Position numbers and translations under genes: made by a program. The notes under the pieces are model-generated. The model did not search any database and had not been told where the DNA came from. It saw only the letters and a program-made list of their open reading frames with translations. From a bacterium (lineage in GTDB: Bacteria; SZUA-182; DTGQ01; JAFGSM01): DNA of 20,325 nucleotides. This document shows, piece after piece, positions 1 through 9,500 of the stretch (position 1 is the stretch's first letter; the number at the start of each line of letters is the position of its first letter). Location of the stretch: the NCBI GenBank assembly GCA_049472335.1, contig JBLIRO010000079.1, forward strand, positions 1 through 20,325, written 5' to 3'.

Positions 1-66
1 ACGGCATCAAAAAGTACCCGTCCCCCCAATCACCCCCCAATCACCAACTTTTTTCTCACTGAAATG

Positions 67-99
67 ATAGATAAGTAAGATTATTAAACAACGTCCCCT
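67..99 (+). repeat. 33-bp direct repeat, copy 1 (ATAGATAAGTAAGATTATTAAACAACGTCCCCT)
   Basis: Matches 227-259 at 32 of 33 positions; copies are 160 bp apart. Confidence 0.95.
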
Positions 100-226
100 T
101 TCTCCCCTGTCCCCCGATCTAACACCTATTATGAAAAATGCAGTTGCTACCTATTTCTAATCCGCAGAAAGGCTGTCAATGGAACCGTTCCCTTGATATT
201 TCCTTTTCTCTTTATTCCAATTCCCT

Positions 227-259
227 ATAGATAAGTAAGATTAGTAAACAACGTCCCCT
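227..259 (+). repeat. 33-bp direct repeat, copy 2 (ATAGATAAGTAAGATTAGTAAACAACGTCCCCT)
   Basis: One T>G difference from 67-99. Confidence 0.95.
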
Positions 260-292
260 ATTTCCTCCCCCAACGTCCCCTATTTCCTCCCC
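249..292 (+). repeat. Perfect 22-bp tandem duplication (CAACGTCCCCTATTTCCTCCCC x2)
   Basis: 249-270 is identical to 271-292. Confidence 0.97.
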
Positions 293-552
293 TTTAATGG
301 GTGCCCCCATTTTCCCGATACAGTCTTGAGAAACTGCAAATTTCAGAATTTTTTTCATTAAATCATCGCTTCTTTCGTCGTAATGAAATAGATAATGAAA
401 CTAGAAACATATTGAAAAAATCAGATATTTCTCCTCCAAAACATGTGTTAGCAATAGAAGAACTACCAAAATCCACCTAAAATTTGTAGATACACGCCTG
501 TTTTTCTCAATCTCTGAAAATGCTTATCTAAAGCTTCATCCCACCGATTTAT

Positions 553-3500
553 TTACTCGTTGATCCCAAACCCAGGCAAAAGATAATCTAATGCTTGTCT
601 AGCATTCATAATAAAAATTGACATGTCCCTACCAAGAGAAGCAAGAGCATTTGCAATGTTTATTAATTGATCGATATATCCTTTTATAGGTGGTACTACC
701 TCTTCAACGTCAACAAAATCTGTATTCCAACTTAACATAGAGGAAAACGCTCTATAGGATGTGCCGAAGAACATTATAGCTGGACCTGAAAAGCTTTTCC
801 CAAATCCGACAGTAGCCCCCTTGTGACTAGTAACATTTTTTGCAAACTGTAACATTGCACCCCATACATTGCTTGTTCCCCCAATTATTGGCATTAATCT
901 TAATACACTTCTCGGCCAAAAGGCACTAACGCCAAATCCTGAAAGCTGGCTTGGATTTGACAGCCCAAATACCAGACCAGCAACAACAGTAAAACCTCTA
1001 CCACGATATTTCTTAAAAGTAGACAATGGATCTAAGCCTAATTCAGCAGCTATTGAGACAAAGAATCTATAAAACTTTAAATCAAAGAGTAAATCTATTC
1101 CACCTCCGCCTGTAACAATATGACTAATGTCGAATCTCGCACTTAGTAGAATCCCATCGAATTTAAAAAGGCGCATACCTGCTGTATGAAAGGCCAAGAG
1201 ACTAATACCAATATTGGCTAATATTGTAGTGATTGTAACTACATTAAGCTTTTGAATGAGAGTGAACTTACCTGTCGGATCAATATTGTTTATTGGGTCT
1301 CCGTTCGCATATAAATACTTATGGAGAGAGATTGGATCAAACTGATTTCCTTGATAAGTATCAAAAGTTAAAAATCTCCCAATAAAACTATTATAATACC
1401 TTGCCCTCAGATAATAGAATCCAATATTCATATCATACTGCTCACTGGTATATAAGTAATTATTCTTAGTAACTCCAGTTCGATCCAGCATAATCCCAAA
1501 GGCATCATAAATATATGTATCTGTTATATTTTCCATATAATCACTAAGCTGCCGTGTATTTCCATTTCCATCGTATTGATAAAAAGATATAGCCCCGCTT
1601 CGATCCATGCTGATCAAATCATCACCATAGATATAGCTTGCAATCAACCAAACACCAACATCTCTCTCCTCCAGCACCTGCGCATAATCCCGGTTCTTAT
1701 CCACTAGATAATTCGTCACCATTCCATCCACACTCTTACTCACCCTAATACCATCCGCATCATAGTTATAATTAACCGTTGCAACAGGCGTTTGAGCCCC
1801 CACAAGCCTGTTTTCGTAATTATAGCTATAGGTTGTAACACCTGATCCTTCGGTCTTGCTAATGGTATTTCCATTATTGTCATAGGTATATGTGGTCCCA
1901 TTTTCTGTTAACAGGCGGTCATTTTCATCATAGGTATAGTCTGTTGGCCCCTCTACTGTGTCACCTTTTGAGAGGCGATTCCCCACAGGATCATAGGAAT
2001 AGGCAACGAGACGATCACCTAGGGTGGGATCGGTGATGCTTTCCTCAGTCAGTCGGTAGAGGTTGTCATAGGTGTAATCTACAACTCTGCCGGTATTTTC
2101 CTGCACCCTGGTCCTGTTTCCTGAAAGACCAAGGGTATAGTCATAGCTTGAGATGATTGAGTCATCAGAACGTTTGTTCTCAAGCCTTATTAACCTGTTC
2201 AGGGTATCGTATGTATAAATTGCCTTTGTATTGTTTGGATAGGTGACACTTGCCCTATTTCCAACTACATCGTAGGTGTAGGTTGTTACTCCACTATCCG
2301 GATCTGTGACTTTTATTAATCTATTAAGTTCATCAAAGGCGTATGTGGTTGTACCGGAAGGCACTGTAACAGAGGTCCTGTTTCCTGCATCATCATAGGT
2401 ATAGGAGATGACAGTCCCGTCAGGGTCTGTACTTTGGAGCAATCTATCCCTTTCGTCATAGACAAAGGTTGTAAGGCCGCGGGGATCGAGGATGGTTTCC
2501 CTCTGACCTGTTTTGGTATATGTAAAGGATACTGATGATCCATCCGGGTAGGTCTTTAGAAACAGGCGGTTGTTGTTATAGTATATATAGGTGATGGTAT
2601 CCCCGTTAAAGTCGGTTTTGGAGATAAGATTGCCGGCTGTATCATAGGCCATTGTTTCATACATGCCGAGGGGCAGGGTCCTTTTGGTTACTTGACCCAG
2701 ATTGTCGTATTCCCAGGTGGTTGTGTTTCCGTTGGCGTCGGTCTGGGATATCTTGTTGCCAAGCTCATCATAGGTGTAGGTAGTTTCCTGACCCAAGGCA
2801 TCGGTGACCTTGATGAGCCGCCCCAGGGGATCATACTCAAACTGGGTTGTGATGCCTGCCTGATCTGTTTCGGCGATCTTGCAGCCCAGTTCATCGTAAG
2901 TGATGGATGTAAATGTGCCATCAGGGAAGTCTGTTCTTGTCCTGCGATTGTTTTCGTCATACAGATAGGTATAGGTGTTGTCGTTGGCATCGGTCATGCT
3001 CAATTGATTGCCGTTTTTATCATAGGCATAGGTCGTGATATTGCCTAAGGGATCTATAATAGAGGCCCTGCGTCCAGCCTCATCATATTTAAAAGTAGTT
3101 GTATTTTCCCTTTCATCCGTCTGTGTTTCTACTCTGCCAGCATCATCATATGTGGTGGTTGTGTATGATTCATCCGGATACAGAGTCTTAATGAGTCGAC
3201 CAAGTTTATCATAAATATGGATGGTGGTTCTTCCTGCCCGGTCTGTGGAGCTTACCTTTCTTCCTTCTGCATCATAGGTGGCGGTTTCTGTGGTGCCATC
3301 CGGAAAGGTTGTCTTTATGAGGTTTCCTCTGCTGTCATACTCATACTGGGTTTGATTGCCGTTTTTGTCTGTGGTAACGGATTGTTTTCCTATTGCGTTA
3401 TACTCTGTGCTCGTGCTGTTTCCGTTCGGGTCTATGGTTTGTATAATACGATTATGGCCATCATAGACATTGGTAGTGGTGATGGTTTCTGTCCCGGAGA

Positions 3501-6500
3501 GTGTGGTTCGGGTCACCGTTTGGGTGAGTTGATTGCCATTGTTGTCATAAGTATAGGTGGTGACATTCCCCAGGGGATCAGTCTGTGTGAGCATGTTTCC
3601 ATAAGGATCGTAGGTATAGGATGTGACATTGTCCAGGGGATCGGTGGTGCTCGTCAGATTGCCTCTTGAGGCATAGGTATAGGTGGTAACGTTGTCAAGG
3701 GGATCCTTGGTGGTAAGTAGATTCCCTTTTGCATCGTATGTATATTTGGTGACATTCTCCAGAGGATCGGTTATAGTGAGGACCTGGCCGCGTGCATTAT
3801 AGGTATACGTAGTGGTATTGCCAAGGGGATCGGTTTGAGTGAGCATATTGTCTTTGTCATCATAGGTATAGGTTGTGGTGTTGTCGAGAGGATCTGTCTC
3901 AGAGAGCTTGTTTCCCCTGTCATCATAGGTGTATGATGTAAGATTGCCTAATGGGTCTGTCATGCTTGTTACATTGCCGTTATCATCATACTCAAAGACA
4001 GTGATATAACCCAGCCGATCCGTAACAATTTCCTGCCGGGTACCAATATTATGTGTATATTCAATACGGTTCCCTTCTGCATCGGTATGGGCGATAAGAC
4101 GTCCGTCATAATCATATTCATTCCTTATCGGCCTGTTTCCAGTGGGATCAAGGATGTCCACCAGGGCATGATTGCTGTTATAAGTGTATTGGGAGGTATT
4201 GTCCTCCTGATCGGTAACTGCAATAAGATCTCCGTTGTCGTCATAATCATAGGTGATGGTATTTCCCATGGGATCTGTAATCTCAGAGATCCTTCCCTTT
4301 GCATCCCGGGTAAATGTAATGCTTTTTCCTGAGGAATGGATGATTCCGTCAGAGGTGATATCCAGGGAATTCCCATTGTTATCGGTAATCTTCTCTAGCC
4401 CCTCTGTTTGGTCAATAATATAGATTGTTCCATCTATGGTGGTAAGTTGATAAAGACTGGGATTGTAAATCCCACCATTTTGATTTAGGATGTTTGAGCC
4501 ATCAAAAAACCAGGGGGTATCATCAAGGGCTTTTAGAGATCCATATGTCCCGGGAAGTGGATCATATATAGCGGAATCTATTTCCCATGCTTGATAAAAT
4601 ACACTCGAGTCAGGGGAGAACCTGCAATTAAACTCAAGCACCTGTCCATCCGGCATGGTTATGCTTACATAGTGCGCCCCATCGGGTTGGAGATAGTATG
4701 TTGGAAAAGGTCCTCCGGATTGTCCTCGATACCAGCCAGTACCCATTGGTCTATTTTCTTCGATCTTTATGGTTCTGATATCTATGTTCCATCCGTACCC
4801 GAAATCCCCTTTATTATGACGTGCCCGACTGTCATAGGTCCGGTAGATGGTGATTGGAATCCCTGCGACCGGGATCTCAAGATCGTTAAAGGTCACGGTG
4901 AAATTCCCTACCTTGAGGTCTCCTGTGACACGGTAGGTAACCTTCACTGAATTTGTAAGTCCATTCACATCAACTGCAGTGATCCGGATATCATATAAAC
5001 CATTCGCAAGGAGGGTGGTGTCCAGTGTACCCAGGACATCATTGATGACCTCCGTGTGACCCATATAAAACGCCGTGTAACTATTCTTGTCCTTTTCAGA
5101 ATACTCCAGGGTATAGCTCACCAGATTATTATCAGTTGCTGTGCCTATTAAATCCGTTGGCGCTGTCAGTTCTGAATCAGTTGCAGGGCTTGTTATGCTG
5201 ACGTCCGGATGTGTTGTATCCGAAGGATCCCTTACTCCGAAACCGGCACTCGATGTATCACAATTGCCTGAAGTATCGCATACTGTTGCCTCAGCAATAT
5301 GTACTCCAATGGTAGTGGCGATGTAAGTGCCTGTGTTTCCCAAAAGGGGAACGGTATTTCCGTTCACTGTCAGATCATAGGATTCTATACCCACATCATC
5401 CATGGCCTCGATGGTGATGGTGGTCGTTTCTCCGGGATTAAGGATCAGGGGACTAATGTGTATATTTGTGATCCTTGGAGGGGTATCATCCGGGGCCCGC
5501 AGTACTTCAATTATGAATTCCTGGGTATCAAAAGCTGCGAAAGGATCGATGGCTACTACTCTGACCGTATTATCTCCCAGATCGGAGGGAGTCGGTGTCC
5601 ACTGGATGAGCCCGGTGCTGCTATCGATAGTCATTCCGGGTGGTGAGACCTCAATGCTATATTCTATATCATCCCCATCGATATCCTCGGCTTCTACATC
5701 ATAGGTATAAAGCACATCAACAGCAGCTATGGTTATGGGTACGGATGTAATATCAGGCGGATCATTGACGTTTTGAACATTAATGGTAAATGTCTGTGTG
5801 CCTGTACCCCCTTTGTTGTCCGAGGCCATAACAACCACCTGATTTGCGCCTGTCTGCATCTTGCTGGGGGTCCATTGGATAAGGCCTGTATCCGGGACAA
5901 TGGTCATTCCATTTGGGGCTGTGTTCAAGCTAAAGGTTATAGGGTCTGTATCCGGATCCGTAGCATCCACATCATAGGTATATGACTGGTCCTGTTCGGC
6001 TGAAGTTTCCGGTGCTGAGGTTATCCGGGGTTCTCTGTTGACCGCAGAAACGTTAAGGGTATAGGATTGGGTCGCCGAACCTCCTTTACCATCGGTTACA
6101 AGGATCTCCACCGGATGGGGACCCACCTGGGTTATATCGGGGGTCCATTGAATAAGGCCGGTGCTGCTATCAATGGTCATGCCTGTTGGGGAGATGTTGA
6201 GGCCATAAGTCGTGGTGTCTTCATCCTCATCAGTAGCTTCCACATCATAGGTATATAAAAAGTCTTTGACTGCACCGGTTAATGGATTTGATGTAATCAG
6301 CGGGGGATCATTGACATTGAAAACCTCCAGTGTATATGACTGGGTGTCAGAGCCCCCGTGACCATCAGTGACTGTGATGGTAATATTATGGGTACCCACA
6401 TCCGCCTGAAGGGGTTTCCATTGAATAAGGCCGCTATTATTATCAATGGTCATTCCATTGGGGGATAAAGAAAGCTCATAGGTCAGGGTATCCATATCTT

Positions 6501-9500
6501 CATCCCTGGCATCAGCATCATAGGTATAGAGGGAATCCTCTAAGGCTGTAGGAGGAGGGATTGAGGTTATCTCCGGAGGATCATTAGTATTGGCAACTGT
6601 AATGATAAAGGATCGGGTGTCAAATCCGCCATTTCCATCACTTACCTGCACTGTAACATTGTTATCACCCACATGGACCTGGATGGGGGTCCACTGGATA
6701 AGACCTGTGGCACTATCGATGCTCATGCCTGTAGGGGCAACTGTGAGGGTGTATGTCAATTTATCCAGATCCATATCATTTGCATCCACATAATAGGCAT
6801 AAGGGTAATCCTCTGTTCCAGGAGGTAATGAGGCAGTAATAATCACGGGGGGATCATTGACATTGGAAACCACCAATGTATATGACTGGGTGTCAGAACC
6901 CCCATGGCCGTCAGTGACCGTGATTTTAATATTATGTGTACCTACATCCGCCTGAAGGGGTTTCCATTGAATAAGGCCGCTATTATTATCAATAGTCATT
7001 CCATTCGGGGATAAAGAAAGGGCATAGGTCAGGGTATCATTATCTTCATCGGTGGCATTAGCATCATAGGTATAGAGTGAATCCTCCAGGGCTGTATAGG
7101 GAGGGGTTGAGATTATTAATGGAAAATCATTAGTATTAGCTACAGCAATGATAAAGGATTGGGTGTCAAATCCGCCATTTCCATCACTTACCTGTACTGT
7201 AACATTATTATCACCCACATGGACCTGGATGGGCGTCCACTGGATAAGGCCTGTGGCACTATCGATGCTCATGCCTGTGGGGGCAACTGTGAGTGTGTAT
7301 GTCAATGGATCCTGATCTATATCATTTGCATCCACACCATAGGTATAAGGGGTATCCTCAGTTCCCGGAGGCAATGAGGTAGTAATAATTATGGGGGGAT
7401 CATTGACATTTTGGACAGCAAGGATAAAGGATTGTGTGGCTATCCCTCCTTTACTGTCGTTTACTTCGACAGTCACGGAATTGTTCCCCACATGGGTTTG
7501 GGTGGGTGTCCACTGGATAAGGCCTGTGGCACTGTCAATGCTCATGCCTGTCGGGGCCAGGACAAGGCTATAGCTTAGTTTATCCTCATCCATATCGTTT
7601 GCATTCACATCATACGTATAGAGATCGTCTTCTAAGGCTGTGGTTGTGGGTGTTGAGGTGATCAGTGGTGGTGCATTGATGTGAACAGATAGAGTAGTGG
7701 TGTCGGTAGCAGCATCGTTATCCATTACACTAAGGGATACGCTATAATAACCAGGATTATTAAAGGCATGGTTTACTATGGCCCCAGTGGTGGTTGAGCC
7801 ATCGCCAAAATCCCAGTCATAGGCTGTAATGGTTCCATCAGAGTCATAGGAAGAGGATGCATCAAAGCTCAACTTCTCCCCTACATTACCAAAATTATTG
7901 CCTGTGAATTGCGCTACAGGTGGTTGATTAATTGGGCTGATAATAACATTTATAGCATCGCTATCCAGCCCTCCCCTGCTATCATCCACGGTAAGTGAGA
8001 CATGATATGCCCCTGCACTTGCAAAGATATGATCGGCAGTTACACCGGTTGCTGGCGGTGTGCTGTCACCAAAATTCCATGTATAGGTAAGGGGATCATT
8101 ATCCGGATCAGAGGAGTCTGAGCCGTTAAAGGTGATTATATCCCAAGCATGCCCAGTGTAAGGCCCCCCCACATCTGCCGTTGGTTCCCGGTTTGGCTCA
8201 CCAATCTGTGCCGAGGTCTCAGCAGACCCTGTGGCACCCCTTGAATCCGTGACAAAGAGGGATACGATAAAATGCCCGGTTGCCTGATAGGTATGGGTTG
8301 GATTTTGCAGATCGGATGTTGCCCCGTCACCGAAATTCCACTGATAGCTAAGTGATAAATCACCCTCGGGATCGTAAGAACCGGAACCATCGAATATGAT
8401 CTCCTCCCCCTTTAGGCCCGAATATGGTCCGTCGGGGTCTGAAACCGGGGCCTGATTTGGCCTGGGTGAGACTGTAATGGTAAAAAATTGTGTGGCTGAT
8501 GCTCCCAGACTATCCATTACCCTTACAACAACATCATTAGGCCCGACCTGGGCAAAGACAGGGGTCCATTGTATAAGCCCTGTTGCACTGTTTATGATCA
8601 TCCCGTTTGGGGATAGATCCAGGATATAGGTCATGGGATTATCTTCGGGGTCCTGCGCCTCTGCATCATAGCTATATAAACCCCCTTCCTGAGCATTTAG
8701 AGGCGGGGAAGACGTAATCTGAGGGGGCCTGTTTCTTGACCGGCCAATGGATTTAATGTGGACTGGCCAGGAAAGAACTGTCTCACCATTTTGTTTGGTC
8801 CGAATCCTGTACCAATAATCCTTAGATAGTTCTACATTGTAATCAAGATAGGTGGAATAGACGGAATCTGTTCTGCCAATGAGCTCAAATCCTTCATTCG
8901 GTCCTCTTTCGGAACGTAATACATCGTATGAATCCACACCGATATGTGTCCAGGTAAGCTGACATTTGGTTTCTTTGGGCCTTGCCTGAAGGTTGGCCAC
9001 ACCGACATCATAAACCATAACCCTACCATAAGCAGCGTGTGTCAGATTCGGTTGACCGGAATCAGGGAACACCGATGCAGTATTATCAGTCACCCTCAGA
9101 CCTATGTCGTAATGCCCTGCAACAGCAAAGGATGGAAGAACGGCTGTTTCCCCATGGGACTCTGCAAAATCATAAGGGGCCTCAAAGTCGCTTTCCCAGT
9201 CCCATGCAGTAATACTGTCACCCTGAGCCTCATCAATATCATAAGACCCGGATCCGTCTAACCGGACTTCCTCCCCAACCACAGAGATATATGGCCCGCC
9301 GACCACAGCAGTCGGAGCATGAGGAGGTATTGTGATATGAATAGTCAGGGTAGTGAGATCAAATCTTACAGGAGTGCTATTATCAAAAACCTTAAGAGAG
9401 ACCACATAATCGCCAAGAGCGCCATAGGTTGTGGAAACCCGAACACCTGTTGCATCCGGATGGTCAAAGTCTATGCCGTCCGAATCATCAAAATCCCAGA

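Larger units (their letters stand above)
14..316. repeat. Cluster of co-oriented GT(C/T/G)CCC-core repeats with local tandem duplications (REP/MITE-like)
   Basis: GTCCCC at 20, 93, 109, 253 and 275, GTTCCC at 187, GTGCCCCC at 301, all C-rich on the + strand. Tandem CCCCCCAATCA x2 at 22-43. Confidence 0.8.

Noticed and set aside
67..292. 33-bp direct repeats as a CRISPR array
   Set aside because: Only two copies, a 127-bp gap (too long for a spacer), no palindrome and no cas genes in the window.
301..480. 59-aa plus-strand open frame (VPPFSRYSLEKLQISEFF...EELPKST*) convergent with the RHS gene
   Set aside because: It starts inside the repeat cluster, has no RBS and no recognisable motif; it could be a gene remnant but cannot be supported.
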